Shown: positions 26,839 to 41,567 of the stretch, piece by piece
Position numbering within the stretch: the stretch's first letter is position 1
Layout of the letters: the number at the start of each line of letters is the position of its first letter
Assembly: GCF_006345805.1 (NCBI RefSeq)
Contig: NC_043001.1
Coordinates: 56,234,001 to 56,298,000 of the forward strand
Length of the DNA: 64,000 nt
Origin: Octopus sinensis
Taxonomy: Eukaryota
Direction of reading: 5' to 3'
Notes under the pieces: generated by a model
What the model saw: the letters and a program-made list of their open reading frames with translations, nothing else
Database searches by the model: none
Told to the model about the DNA's origin: nothing
Made by a program: the position numbers and the translations under genes

Positions 26839-28089
26839 TCAGTGTGTGTATGTGTGCGTGCGTGTGTGTTGTGTGTGTGTGTGTGTGTGTGTGTGTTTGT
26901 GTGTGTGTGTTTGTGTGTGAAGGTATCGCGTTCACAACGATATGTGCGTCCTTCAAGATCTTGGCCATGACTGCCTTTGCCTGTGCAGAGCATCAGTTTA
27001 TGTGCCGTACTCGGGCAAAACGTCCGAGTTTTGCCTTAAATATATATTTTTAATATTAAGAGCTCTCTAGCACATCTGTTTTTTTTTCGAGGCAAAATCA
27101 TTAACCTTCTTGCAACGATCCTTCTGGAAACAGTCTGGTAGTCAACAATTCTAAAATTCTAAAACCCCTTCGCAGCAGCTGCAAGCTTTATTATTGTATT
27201 TTTATTTCATTTACTTATTCCTTTATTTGTACATGTAAGAATTTAAAATATTTGTCATTTGTAATATGTAGCTCTTCTAACACCCCCAGATCCATCCTTC
27301 CTTGTAGAACAACCAGTTCCTGGAAGTGTGTATCTATTTTCTTTTCTTTCTCCTCTTCCTTCCCTTCTTCTTCGTCTTTTTCACGATGAATTGTAATTTG
27401 ATTTTTAACATCCACATTCGCATAGTATTTCCTTTTTATTTTCTGTTTCTTTTTTTTTTCTTTGAAGACATCATCTGACAAAAGAAAGAAAATAACCATG
27501 ATCTGACGAAGATGTAATTAGAAGTATTTACACACAACTTTTGATTTAAACATCAAAAGTAACTTCTTGTACGCTTCCATTTTCGAGAAACCTAAAAGTA
27601 TACTTCTTGATATTTTAAATACTTTTCAAAATTGTTACTACAAAGAAAAAAAAATCCAAACAAACGCATCGTCCATTTACTACATATACAATTTTAATGT
27701 TTACTATCATACTTGAGATATTGGTTGGTAAGGATAAAAGATCAAAATTTGGAAATTTTGGTACTTCATTATTTTTCATTAAACACTCTATATGTAACTT
27801 TTTAGAACATGCTTTTCTCGACCAACAAGTAGTCTTAAAATTTTAGAGTGGATGCATTACAGAATTTGGAGAAGAGAATCCATTTATATTCTAAAAAAAC
27901 TATACCTTTACCCTGGCGTTAAGGCTCCAAATTTGCGAGAATATATTTGATTCGATTTATTTATTCTATTCCGTGTGAACGCGTGTGTGTATGTGTGTGT
28001 GCATCCGTACAGGAAGTGAGAGGTGTGGTTGTGTAGTAAGAAGATTGCTTCCAACCACATGGTTCCGGGTTCCGTCCCCCCCCCATATA

Positions 28090-28156
<67 letters not shown>

Positions 28157-28245
28157 CGTGCGTGTATACATGTATGTATGTATGTATGTGTGTATCTATC
28201 TATCTACATCTATATCTATATCTATCTATTTGTTCAGCATACGTC

Positions 28246-28290
<45 letters not shown>

Positions 28291-28320
28291 AAATATAAGA
28301 GAGCCAACTCTCATTATTGA

Positions 28321-28352
<32 letters not shown>

Positions 28353-28639
28353 GCACAATGAAAGTATTTGTACGCTTGTATCAACACGACCATGTCTTTA
28401 TGATAGTTTACAATCTCGTACATACTCATATAGCTACACACACAGAGACACAGAAAGGCACACGCACACACACATACGCACAAATACAGAGATATACGTA
28501 TGCACCCATATACATCTATGTTTGCTCAAATTGTTAAGTTTGCATGGGCATATATTATGAAACTACAATCTGAGAGACTTAGGCGGAAAGAGAGATGCTG
28601 CTGCTATTAATTGAAGTATATTATGATGAGGGTGATAGT

Positions 28640-29045
28640 GAAGAAGAAGAAGAAGAAGAAGAAGAAGAAGAAGAAGAATTAGGAGAAGACAAAGAAGAAG
28701 AGAAAGTAGTAGTAGTAGTAGAAGAAGAAGAAGAAGAAGAAGAAAGAAGAAGAAGAAGAAGAAAAGAAGAAGAAGAAGAAAAGAAAAGAAGAGAAAGAAG
28801 AGAAGAGAGAGAAGAAGAAGAAAAGAAAAGAGAAAGAAGAAGAAAAGAAGGAAAGAAAGAAGTAGAAGAAAAGGAGAAAAGAAGAGAAAGAAGAAAGAGA
28901 AAAAGAAAAGAGGAGAAAAAAGACGAGAAAGAAGAGAAAGAAAACAAGAAAGAAGAGATGAAGGAGAAGAAGAAATGAAAAGAAAGAAGAGATAAAGGAG
29001 AAGAAGAAAAGAAGAGAAAGAAGAAATGAAGGAGAAGAAAGGAAT
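28640..29045. repeat. Polypurine (GAA)n/(GAAAA)n tract
   Basis: Direct reading. Potential triplex/H-DNA former. Confidence 0.92.
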
Positions 29046-29625
29046 TAAGCAAATTAGAATCTTGAGAATCTCCGGAAAAACATAAATTGTTAACGTGGAA
29101 GTCTCTCGAACTACTGTTCAGGATACGTCAAGATAAATCTAACTTGCAGAAAGTTTGGGTTGAGTGTGTGTGTGGTGGTGGTGGTGGTGGTGGGTGGGCA
29201 TTTTGCTACTAGGGCGATAGAAAGAGAATAGGAGGAAGAAAGAGAGCGAAAGAGAAAGGGAGAAAGAAAGAGAAAAGGCGGGAGAGAGAGAGAGAGAACG
29301 CATACACACAAGCATGACAAACGGCCACTGTCTATCTTATGCATACATGTAATGGACTCACTTAAAGACATGCAAAAGCCTACGCATGTCCATTTCATAA
29401 ATATATGCACATGAGTCAAAGAGAGATATATAGACACCACACACGCACACACACACACACACACTCACATATATATATATATATATTCATACATACACAT
29501 GCACTTACACAAGCAAGTAAGGAACAAAGCTAGAATATATACATATACACAATCACAAATGCGAAGAGTCAGATACATCACACGGCCAGCCAGCCCACAG
29601 CCACCCCATGCACACACACATACAC

Positions 29626-29680
<55 letters not shown>

Positions 29681-30166
29681 ACACACACACGCCCACGCAC
29701 ACACATATATGCACATACATACAGCTTCCCAGACAGATACACAGATACATCAGAAGCTTGTGCGAAAACATCTCATACACACACAAACACACATCAAAAA
29801 GTTTAGTGTTGAAGAAGTCGAGGTAATTCCATCAATCTTGCTGTTTTACCGCTATACAAAGCAAGAGAAATGGATAAATATTGGTATTCAGTAAATGGTT
29901 CAACAAGATTTTAGCATCAGTCATAGGCAGACATGCTTCTTAAGCACCAGATCGACGATCTTTGCTGCAGCTAGCAAACGTATTCACCTCTCCCACTCAT
30001 TATCACAAATACATATTCATATATTTACATTTTACTCTCTCTCTCTCTCTCTCCTGCCCTTTTCCCTCTCTCTCTCCTTCTTTCTCTATCTGTATTTACC
30101 TTTCCCTTAATTTCATGCGCAGTCGTTCTTACATTTTCCCTTTCTTCCCCTCTCTCTCTTTCTCTG

Positions 30167-30226
<60 letters not shown>

Positions 30227-30357
30227 TATATATTTCTCGCTTTATCTCACTTTCTCTCTCTCTAATACATGCATACTTACATACAGATGCGCTTACATGT
30301 AAATATGTGTGTGTGTATACAACTGCATTTGCAAGCAACCACATTCATACAGTACAT

Positions 30358-30388
<31 letters not shown>

Positions 30389-32334
30389 CACATACACGTA
30401 AACATATGTGTACATGCGTATTTATATATACAACACACACACACATACACATGTATTCTTGTTTGGAAGCTGGAGCTTCAGATTCGAAACTCTGAGTCTC
30501 ATGGCTCCGTTCTCTGAACGAGCATTATAACATGATGCAAGAAACCTTTATAAGAATATTCACAGAACAAAAGAAGAAGCGATTGTTTGAATGTATATGT
30601 AAAGACAAAATAAAATAGAAACAATATTTGAATGTGTATCCAAAATTTAAGTTCAACAAACTAAAAAACAACAAACTTAATAGAAGTAAGATAATGATAG
30701 TATAATTGAATCATACTAATTTGGGGTATATTAGGCCATTTGCAAAAAAGTCTTCCCAACTTGAATACTACAAAATATTATTATAATGATGGAAGAGCAT
30801 TAGGTGGAGAGGAAGTGATATAGCGGTTTATCAAATGTATAACTAGGAAAAAATAATTTGGAAACGCCATCTGAACCTTTTCTCTGTTTCTTTAGTCTCT
30901 CTGTATTTCTGTCTCTTTGTCTCATGTTTCTCTCTGTCTTTCCGTTCCTCTCTTTTCCAGTCTGCAACGGAGCAAGAAAAGAGAAATAGGTAAAGAGAAT
31001 GGAAAGCGAATATGAAAGTAACAAACGAGCGAGTCTCATAAACAAATCTTTAAAAAGATGGTAGCTCTGTCTTTTGAAAATTACATAACTGATATTTTGC
31101 TTTATGCAAGTAATTGCAGATAATATAATTTCTGGAATGCAAGCTGTTATTGTTGTATGTAAATAATAACACCTTTTTTTTACGAGATAAAATATGACAA
31201 CTCAGTTTATTTCTGTTGTTACCATGCTTGTAAGCAAGCGCAAAAGAAAGAATACATCCTTAAAGACCAGTCAAAAATATTCTGTTCCTGCTAACTTACT
31301 AATGTCTATGAGAGCAATATTTTATTTCAAATTTATTGTCTGTTTCTCCAATGTAAGATTTCGATAGTAAAACATTAATTTTTCTGAGAATTAGATGAAT
31401 AAATTACTATCGAGAGAAACATTGCAAAAGTTAATTTTCTAGATTAGCTAACAATTATATTTTAAACGCTTATAAAATTTTTATATATTATATAGCCAAT
31501 GAAGAGTCAATTTATATTAATAAGGGTTATAATCACCCAATAAATATCTTCCGTGATTTTACTGTGTATCTTCAAATGTAGCAGCATTTAACCATAGTGG
31601 ACATTTCTTTTAGATAAGATACAATTTATATGCAGATATATAGCTTCCAAACGTAGAAACCGAAAGAGGCAAACTCAATGGTGCAATCCAATTCTTAGTT
31701 TGAATGTTTTCAGTGATATAAACAAAAAGTTTCTTATGCTAGTCTCATTTCATTTTATCAGAGGGCATAGAAATAAAATCTTTAATAGAAATTCTATTAA
31801 AGTTTCTTACTCTTGTTGAAAAATTTCTTCAGCTCTGTCAATTCCATTAATGCAAAGCATCTGTCAAACAACAGTAATATCATCACCGAGCGCACTTGTA
31901 ATTTCATGAACTCTTATAGCTGTTCGCTTAATGAAAACTCTCTAGCCAGTTCTTCAGTATGCAGTCCTAAAGTAGAATCGAATGATTGGCTCTCAACTAA
32001 AATCCTATATTTCATAGAATGATTTTAACGACATGCTGATATCGCCACACTCACTTTCTTTATTGTCACTCTTGTTTTTATTTCTTGTGCCCCTTCTCTT
32101 TATTAATCTCTCCTTGTTTCCTTCTCTTTACTTATCTCTTTTCATTCCTCTTCTTTACTTTCCTTCCTTACTGCGTTACATTCTGTTTATCGTACATACA
32201 TACATACATACATATATATATATACATCACTTTGTAAGTTGACCGAGACAAAGACAGAATTACTTTGTACACACCGCAGCATAAATCAAAGAAACTGAAG
32301 TAAATTAAATTTAGCCATGTCTTTCTAATTCTGT

Positions 32335-32535
32335 CAGAAGGCTAGCAATTTTTAGGGAAGCGGGAATCGATTACAGCAACCTTAATGCTCAAGTGGTACT
32401 TCTTCTTATCGACTCCAAAAGGATGGCAGGCAAAGTTGATCACCGCAGAATTTGAACTCAGAACATAAAGGGCCAGAAGAAATGCCACTAACAATTTTAT
32501 CCGACACCCTAACGGTTTTGCCAGCTCACTGCCTT
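32335..32535 (-). mobile_element. SINE family B
   Basis: ATCGACTCCAAAAGGATGGCAGGCAAAGTTGA...GAATTTGAACTCAGAAC...TGCCAGCTCACTGCCTT. Confidence 0.75.
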
Positions 32536-33579
32536 AATAAATTTAAATATCGTAAATCCTCACATTCTTCCTATGGTATTGCCGGATGGAAGTCAGAGGG
32601 AATCTCCTGAAGGACTGTTTCAAAGGTTTCTGACTGCTCCTCAGAGAAGATGCACTTGACTTCCTTCTACAAACAATAGGAGTGATCAATATAGCTTCAT
32701 AATGTTTAAATATATTTGGGTTGTTCTGATTGGAATGCGTGGTGCATTGAATAGCTAGTTAAATTTATGATGAGTCGACAACTACTCAGCTATGAAAAAC
32801 AGTCACTCTATGATGCTTCCCTACTTTATGAGTAATTTACATTGTAGCTAATCTATGTTGCTTATTGGGTCCGTCAGGAGACAACATCGCTTGTTTTACT
32901 GTACATCAAAAGGCAATAAAGCATTGCGTTTGTGTGTGTGTGTGTGTGTATGTGTATATGTGTGTACGTATGTATGTACATATGTATGTATATGTATGTA
33001 TATTTGTCTGTCTGTATGTATGTATGTATGTGTCTAAGCCTTCGTGTATAACTATGTATGTATATAGGTATGTCCATATCGGTCTGTCTGTCTTTTTATC
33101 TCCCTCTCTCTCTATCGATCTATCTATCTATCTTTCAACGTATACAAGAAGGGAAACTCTTGCAGGATTCGGCGAATTCCACCTCCGCTCAACGTCGGAC
33201 TTGCTATTGACAGACTATTTGTCCTGTAACACATTTAACCTGAACTCATTCAAACATATGGGCAATCAGAAGTGTCACATGTAAGACATGTAGGAAAAAG
33301 GAATAAGTAACCGTAAGAGCGGAGAACTGTATTGAATGGTTTCAGAATAGTGATTTCACCTAGAGGCACCCGGTGGCCTGGTGGCGATATCAAACTAGAT
33401 TACGTCACCTCCCCCAAAAAACCAGGAATGGTTACTCTGAGATAATTGGATGCAGTTTTCGTTAAAATTTGGTTATAAAGCCTCGTTCGACCAGATGTAC
33501 TGCCAAAATACACTTGTCATAGGAGCTGCCTTATTGACTCAAAACCCAAACTACTTACTAATAACTATAATCCTTTTAC

Positions 33580-33970
33580 TCTTTTACTTCTTTCAGTCAT
33601 TTGACTGTGGCCATGCTGGAGCACCGCTTTTAGTCGAGCAAATCGACCCCAGGACTTATTCTTTGTAAGCCTGGTACTTATTCTATCGTTCTCTTTTGTC
33701 GAAACGCTAAGTTACGGGGACGTAAACACACCAGCATGGGTTGTCAAGCGATGTTGGGGGACAAACACTGACACGCAAACGTATATACACGCACCCACAC
33801 ATATACGACGGGCTTCTTTCAGTTCCCCTCTACCACATCCACTCACAAGGCTTTGGTCGGCCCGAGGCTATAGTAGAAGTCACTTGCCCAAGGTTCCACG
33901 CACTGGGACTGAACCCGGAACCGTGTGGTTCGTGAGAAAGCTACTTACCACACAGCCACTCCTACGCCTA
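33580..33970 (-). mobile_element. SINE family A, full length
   Basis: TTTCAGTCATTTGACTGTGGCCATGCTGGAGCACCGC through CCACACAGCCACTCCTACGCC. Confidence 0.9.
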
Positions 33971-34526
33971 TACTTATTTTGTTAAATTTTTTTGAGTTAC
34001 CTAATATCACACCAAATTGCCAGCATCTTCGGAAAAAAATCCACTGAAAATGAAAAAAAACACCAAGACGTACGAGAGACAGAGGTATTGCTACCGGAAG
34101 CTCAAGGTATCACAGTCTACGTTCTAAGACAATACCCTGCCATAACGGAAATACTGTACGGCATTCTGTCTATAACACCATTCTAAGAACAACATCAATC
34201 CACTGAATGCATACAAACATAAAATACACACATACGCTCATATACACGCATATATTAACTTCACTAACCTCTCTTCCACCATTAGTAGAAAGTGCAGAGA
34301 ATAGCAAATCTCATGCTGCATCTTAGCTCGCTTGGCAACCGTACTATCAGTACTAGCCGCCCGCTGTGCTAGCCTCGACTGCAATCGTCATCCACGCAGA
34401 CACAAATAATAATGTGGGTGTGCAGCAATATTCTAAACTATGCGATATCATATAATTATATAGGTGTATGTATATATAAATACACACACACACACACACA
34501 CACGCGCGCACACACATATATATCTT

Positions 34527-34850
34527 AGCTCGGGCGTGGCTGTGTGATAAGAAGCTTACTTCCCAACCACTTGGTTCTGGGTTCAGTCCCACTGCATGGC
34601 ACCTTGCGCAAGTGTCTCCTACTGTGACCTTGAGCCAACCAAAGCCTTGTGAGTGGATTTGATAGAGGGAAACTGAAAGAAGCCCGTCGTATATGTTTAT
34701 GTGTGCATGTGTCTGTCTTTGATCCCCCCCTACCATCACTTGACAACCGATGTTGGTGTGTTTACTTACCTGTAACTTAGCGGTTCGGCAAAACAGCCCG
34801 ATTGAATAAGTACTAGGCTTACAAAGAATAAGTCCTGGGAACGATTTGTT
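34527..34850 (+). mobile_element. SINE family A, 3'-truncated
   Basis: GGGCGTGGCTGTGTGATAAGAAGCTT...GGGTTCAGTCCCACTGC...ACAAAGAATAAGTCCTGGG. Confidence 0.85.
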
Positions 34851-34990
34851 CGAATAAGTTCTTCATCGGAAACAGGAGACATAGGAAAATACAAAAGAAA
34901 AACAAAAAGGAGGAAAAATCGTGTGTAGTTTCATTTTATGTATATGTACTCTCACACACCGCGCATACAAATATGCATATATACATATAT

Positions 34991-35022
<32 letters not shown>

Positions 35023-35023
35023 A

Positions 35024-35054
<31 letters not shown>

Positions 35055-35244
35055 ATTATTGAAGTAGATAAATGAATTATCTTATTACGGATTATTCAAA
35101 TGATAACTGATACCTGGGTAGCAAAAATCACAACAGAAAAGTACGGTTGAGGTTACGACCATGGGGCCTTTAATCCGAATTAGGGACTTTGCAGCCTTTG
35201 AAACATATGTAGAAAATAATAAAAGGGAATTTTGTTAAATCTTC

Positions 35245-35329
<85 letters not shown>

Positions 35330-35625
35330 TATATATATATTTCTAGCAATTTGCCGGTGCTATCTTTTCATGTATATATATATATATATATGAAAAAATA
35401 AGTCCGGATAGAAAATGCTAAAATAATTTTATAAAGAACATTTCAGTACCGGTTTCAGTCATTGAGATCTTTTTAACTTTAACAATAATTAAATTTAGAA
35501 AAATTAAAAGAAAAGTTTTTTAAAAGAATATTTGTATAGTGTTTAAATATAAGTGGCATTTTCCTAGTTTCTGCCTTTCTCTGTCTCTCTTGTTTACTCT
35601 AGATAGATATATATAGATAGATATA

Positions 35626-36485
35626 TAGGGTGCGATGGGTAAATAGTCACTGTTTCATATATTCTATTTCGTGCATGCACATTGTTTGTTTTTAATTTCG
35701 TCGACTACTCAGTATAGTAGGGTCAGTTGCGCACCGTTTGTGACAAAAAAGACACCATGGCGCAATTCACTTTGCCAGAAATTTGAAAAGGACATGCTGT
35801 ACTGCTTGGCATTCGCACCGGAAGCTCCAATAGGAACGTTTCAGAGAGTTTGGCTGTCAATCTAAGGATAGTGTGATCTCAGGACATGAGAGTCAACATC
35901 ATGGTGTTTGGAGTAATCTCTAGTGATGGCGACCTTATACCTCCATTTATCTTCCTACACGGCCTCAGTCTCAACACAGAGGTCTACAATAATTGCCTGG
36001 AGGAGGCATTGTTTTTCTGGGTTAAGAGTGTGGCTGCTGGAACACACTATGTCTAACAACGGGACTCTGCCCCATGTTACACAAGCAGAAGAACCCAGTC
36101 ATGGCTGTCAGACAATTTCTGCGACCACATCACCCCTAACATCTGGCCACCTATCTCCCTAGACTACGCCCCACTTGATTATTTACTATGTGTGAGGCGT
36201 AGTTGTGCGAGAGACCAACAAAACTCCTTGTAACACCAAAGATGAACTTAAGGCAAGGTTTATGGTAGCATTCCCCAACTTGAACAAGGAGACCATCCAG
36301 AAGAATTGCAGGAGATTCTGAAGTTGCCTGGAGACCGTGGTTGAAGCCAATGGCAATTTTATTGAATAAATTTACTCTTCAGTATTTCAAAATATTTTAA
36401 TACAATTGTAAACATATCTGTTAAAATGAGGTATCAGTGTCATTTTCATTTTTGTTTAATTTTGACCACAATTTATTCACCGCAC
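35626..36485 (+). mobile_element. Internally deleted maT/DD37D (Tc1/mariner superfamily) DNA transposon
   Basis: MVFGVISSDGDLIPPFIF...RDSAPCYTSRRTQSWLSDNFCDHITPNIWPPISLDYAPLD. Asp codons at 36063 and 36177 give D37D spacing. Degenerate TIRs: TAGGGTGCGATGGGTAAATAGT (5') and ACAATTTATTCACCGCAC (3'). Confidence 0.85.
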
Positions 36486-37135
36486 GAACTTGCACGCATC
36501 CAGGGCAAGGGCAGCAGAACGGAGGACAAGGAGACCCACACTACACGCTTCCTAGATATATTGAAAACCAACGGGTACCCTAGATCCATTATAAATCGGC
36601 TTCAGTACCCAAGACGACCAACACGCCGAACACAGAAAACCCAGTAATACATGCTTCCTTAAAATACCCCATTTTAGCGAGAGGATAACTACAGCCATCC
36701 GAAGAGCCATAAGAAGAGAATGGCTAGACATACAACTAGCCCACTCCGGCCCCTCTCTGAGAAGACATCTCGCAAATAAATGAACAAGGGACAACAATCA
36801 ACGCACACTAACAAACTGTCCCATCCGTGACACAGATTTATGCCAACGGGTAAATGTTGTGTATAGAATGCAATGTAGCAAATGCAACAAGTTCTATGTG
36901 GGTAGCACATCAAGACCTATACACGTCTGCATCAAAGAACATCTGAACACGAGAGCCTCCTCCTTCAGAAAACATCTAGACAGATGCCGGAACACCGACA
37001 AAAGCATGACAGTCATAATTGAGGCCGCTGAAAGAATATGGGTAATTTAAGAATTAAGGAAGCTAAACTCATTCACAGACTAGGGCCCCAAATTAACAAC
37101 AGACTAGAGGTTGGTAATCAATATATTATTTAGCT
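36486..37135 (+). mobile_element. Penelope-like element 3' fragment: RT thumb (NGYP) plus GIY-YIG endonuclease, disrupted
   Basis: RFLDILKTNGYPRSIINRL, then LKIPHFSERITTAIRRAI, then VYRMQCSKCNKFYVGSTSRPIHVCIKEH (GIY-YIG signature with CxxC). Confidence 0.88.
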
Positions 37136-37591
37136 ACATCTGGATGCGTGTAGGTTCATTTTTTATAACATGCTCATATATTGTTTATAACAAAAAAAAG
37201 AGAAGAAAAAAGAAGGGGAAAAGGAGGCTTTACGTATAATACATAACTTAGAAGCAGCGCCACAGATGTGCCAGCACACAAAAGATTGAGACATGGCCGA
37301 CCTCACGCACTTCAAATAAGGAATTCCGGAAAGAGCTTCGTGAGACCACTGCAGAGACGCTTCCGGAAAAAAACCCGTTAGAATCCCGATTATAGCAGCG
37401 ACTCCATCAGTTCCTAGGAATATCTAAGGAAAGAATTTTATTCTGAAATATTATCAGACTATAAATGGTTAAATTACAACAAGTATATAGCCCATTGCTT
37501 GTATTATAGTGCATTGTTGTACCATTCGAAACATTTTATTCTTTACAATGCACAATGCTTCAAACGAACTACAATACTCTCATATGTATAT

Positions 37592-37658
<67 letters not shown>

Positions 37659-37885
37659 GCGCGCGATTCTTTGTGCATGTATTTGTCTCCCCAGTGTTTG
37701 TCAAGCAGTATTTTTTCAAATCCCGTGAGTTATCGGTTTAGCAAAAGCGTTCGAAAGAATAAGTGCGATGCTTAAAAATAATTACTAACTTCGATTTCTT
37801 TGCCTAACGCTTCTAGGCAGTGTCGTAGCAGGGTTGCAATTGAGTAATTGAAACATGAAAAAGATGTATAACAATTTGTAGTATA

Positions 37886-38086
37886 GGCACAAATCCTGAA
37901 ATTTGGCGGGAGGGAGATGAATCGATTACATCGGCCCCATTGCTTAACTGGTACTTATTTCATCGGCCCTAGAAAGGACAAATGGCAAAATTGACGTTGG
38001 TGGAATTTGAACTCATAACGTAAAAATGCAAGAGATGCTGCTAAACATTTTGTCCGATGTGCTAACGATTCTACCAGCTCGCTGTC
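37886..38086 (-). mobile_element. SINE family B
   Basis: ATCGATTACATCGGCCCC...CTGGTACTTATTTCATCGG...GAATTTGAACTC...CCAGCTCGCTGTC. Confidence 0.75.
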
Positions 38087-40149
38087 ATATAATATGATAT
38101 AACATCATTCGCATTTACATAATATAATGTAATATAATATAATATAATATAATATATGATATATTATATGGATGTAAATACACACACATACATACAACCA
38201 CGCGTATATGTATAGAGCTCTTAATCTGTTGTTCAACTCTAGTCATCCAATCGATTATATTTAAACCAACGAAGGTACCGTTCTTTGGACGCTCAACTTG
38301 CTAGGAATGGCAACTAACTCTTTCTCACACCACACCCCAGTCTTGAAACCGAAAGGCACATTGAATAACGTGATACTGGACGCACTCTCATAGTAAAGAC
38401 TATTATCAAGGGTTTAGATTATATGGAAGCATAGCATTCATAGTTAGGCTAGTAACTTTGTTGCAGCAAAATTACGAAAGATTTGTGTTACTAATCAGTA
38501 TTCAAGGTGGATAGAGATACGTATTACACACAATTCTGATTGGTAGAAAGATAGAACTTCCTCTATATTTCTCGATGGGAGCTGATCTGAAGCTAACCGC
38601 CCCAACCCACCTCGCAAGAACTATTATGCTCGTAAATGTTCGCATTTTATTTTTCTTTTAGTTTTTTTCAGTTTAGTTATTTGTTATACAAAAAAAATAT
38701 TAGGTTTTCATGAGTTGCATGTCTTTATCATTTGAATGCACATGCAAACTTTTGCTTCTGATTCAGAACATAAAAGATTATTGACAATAGTGTTGAGATA
38801 TTGCCAGGGGATTTAAGCAAAAACCTCTGTAAGTACTATTTACTGTCGAAAAATATAAGTACTTACACTGAATCACCGGCAAATTATAGAGCTGATCTAA
38901 TTGCGATAGATTTATGCTGTACAATACTGATGAAATCTGGATCAAAATGCTTATGTAATATAAAGTTAAACTGATATAAATTAAGTTTTTGATTACAGCT
39001 AAAGATTCTAATTGGAGCGTTTTTTAGTAATTTCTCCAATCCTATTCAAATGCTATTCGTCTTACTTCTTTCAAGTCTGCATTAAACCAATTTACTTATC
39101 ATACAAATTGTATTACAGGATTAAATAGTTATTGACCTATTTGAGGAAAGGAATAGCTACATCAAAATATTTTATGTTGACTTTGGCTTAGCACTAAGAA
39201 ATGTTGGGTTCTGAAAGCTGGTATTATAACAATTGAGACCTATGTAAATAGGATGCATGATACCTGACTCTTGAATCACACCCCATGAATAATTACGAAG
39301 ATTAAAGCAGTAACACTAGGATAGGTACTGAGCAATTGATAGGATATAGTTTCTTGAATCATGACAACACCCTTATACGTGTCGCTGCCAAAATCATTTA
39401 GCTTTCATGCACTACAGAAGTGTTCATTCACCATGACAGGATCTAAAAGATAGATGTGTTAATTAGTGATAGACTGTGCTCAGAGCTAACATGAAATTAA
39501 AGACTTTAGACATTCTCAGTACCAGTTCGAAACTAACAGCATAATAAGCTCACATTCACTGAGCTTTCGCTGAAATTATATCAAATCTGAGATTGGTAGT
39601 TATAATGCCTATTATTATTTACCATTAGAATATTGGCGGTTAATTTCTTACAAGAAGTTAGTCTTGCCATCTTCTTTTTCACAAGGACAGATGTGATGTG
39701 GAAAAGGTTTAGATTATAATGTTCTTAAACGTCAGTATCAGAGATCATTAATACTTGTTCTCTTGTGAAGCTGGCCCAACAGTATTTGTTATTCCATAGA
39801 GACACTTAAGAAAATTAAATTTTCATGTTGGATACTCAAGAACTATTTAATTGCGTATAATTACAGTAGTAATCTCTTTCCTATTTGCGTAATATAACTG
39901 CTTTTTATATGATCAAATGTATCACAAGGTGGAGTGAATATTGCTTCAAGAAATTCTTGACATTGAAGATCAATGTCAGTGAAATAAATTAAGCGTCATA
40001 TAATTGATGAAACTGTTACAGTGAGAACCGTAATGATAAAATTCAGGAACAAATTCTTCCTTGGGTATTACAGTATACAATTAAATACGAATCTGTATGT
40101 TATTGAACTTTATTTAACTTACACGCACATTGATATATATATATATATT

Positions 40150-40217
<68 letters not shown>

Positions 40218-40342
40218 TATATATATACATATATATACACACATGTAAATATACATACACAATCTATACATATATACTTACATGCATATACATGTATATA
40301 CATACATATATATGCGTATATATATATGTATATATAGATGTG

Positions 40343-40381
<39 letters not shown>

Positions 40382-40499
40382 ATGCAAAAGGAAAAATAGA
40401 ACTTAAAATATTAGTTATCTATATGTTTATTAATATTTAGCAGAACAGAGTGACTCAAGGTCTTCAGACCCTGGATCGCACTTTTATTTCTGCTAAACA

Positions 40500-40523
40500 T
40501 TATTATTATTATTATTATTATTA

Positions 40524-40588
<65 letters not shown>

Positions 40589-40630
40589 CATCATCATCAT
40601 CATTATTATTATATTATTATTATATTATTA

Positions 40631-40662
<32 letters not shown>

Positions 40663-41222
40663 CATTATTATTATTATTATTGAATGAGAGACCAGTGCAT
40701 GCCATCAAAGTGACATTGGGGTCAAATATACGAAGCCCAGTATACCCATCATGACTACCCTTCCGATAAGGTTACACCAGGCACATGCATCACAACCATA
40801 TGTGCACGACATGGTGATCTCATATCAAGATAAACAGCGCATGACCTTGCAGGTGGGGCCCAGTTAGAATTTTCTTCTCCTCGAGTAACCCATCCCGCTC
40901 AAAAAGTCCCTGAATAAGGATTGTTTAAGGATGTTGAACGAACCACCCATGTTTCCAAAGGTGAATTATCCAAACCTCTAAGAATTCCTTTCAACACATG
41001 GCTATGATGCTGCCCCACTACTGCTCGTGAGCAGAGATACACTTATAGTCAGCCACTAACTGGTTAAGGTCAAACAAGTGACAAGCAAATCTGTGGTATT
41101 GAGCAGAATATTTGTTGTAGCCCATCTTTTATACCAAGACAAAACAATGTACATGATAACACTTCCAATCAGTTAAGATCAGAAGCCACGAGAGCCACTG
41201 CCTGGTACTGCATCAAAGCATT
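40500..41222 (-). mobile_element. Non-coding retroposon family C (~540 bp, 40683-41222) with (TAA)n-type tail
   Basis: A second, truncated copy at 54272-54400 has the same 3' end (TGAGAGACCAGT.CATGCCATCAAAGTGACA) abutting an (ATT)n tract. Confidence 0.7.
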
Positions 41223-41239
41223 TACTATTATCATTATCA

Positions 41240-41500
41240 TCGGTCTTTTTTGCCGAATCGCAAGGTCACGGACACGTAAACAAACCAACATCGGTTCACA
41301 CAACGTACACAGACACAGACAGACACACACACACATATACGATTTGGTTCTTTCAGTTTCCATCTCCCAAATCCGCTCACAAGGTTTTTGGTCGGCCCGT
41401 GGCTATAGTAGAAAACACTTGCCCAAGGTGTCATGCAGTGGGACTGAACGCGGTACCATATGATTGGTAAGCAAGCTACCACACAACCACTCCTGTGCCT
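41240..41500 (-). mobile_element. SINE family A, partial
   Basis: TTCTTTCAGTTTCCATCT...GCAGTGGGACTGAAC...CCACACAACCACTCCTGTGCC. Confidence 0.8.
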
Positions 41501-41567
41501 ATATATATATATGCAGATTACATAATACATGTGTCTGTATACATATATATATATATATATATATACA

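Noticed and set aside
28595-28978. Glu/Lys/Arg-rich 127-aa ORF
   Set aside because: It is a (GAA)n purine tract with no domain content or splice context.
31813-32010. Minus-strand RT fragment (ALGDDIT resembling YADD)
   Set aside because: Only one weak motif across frameshifts, which is insufficient support.
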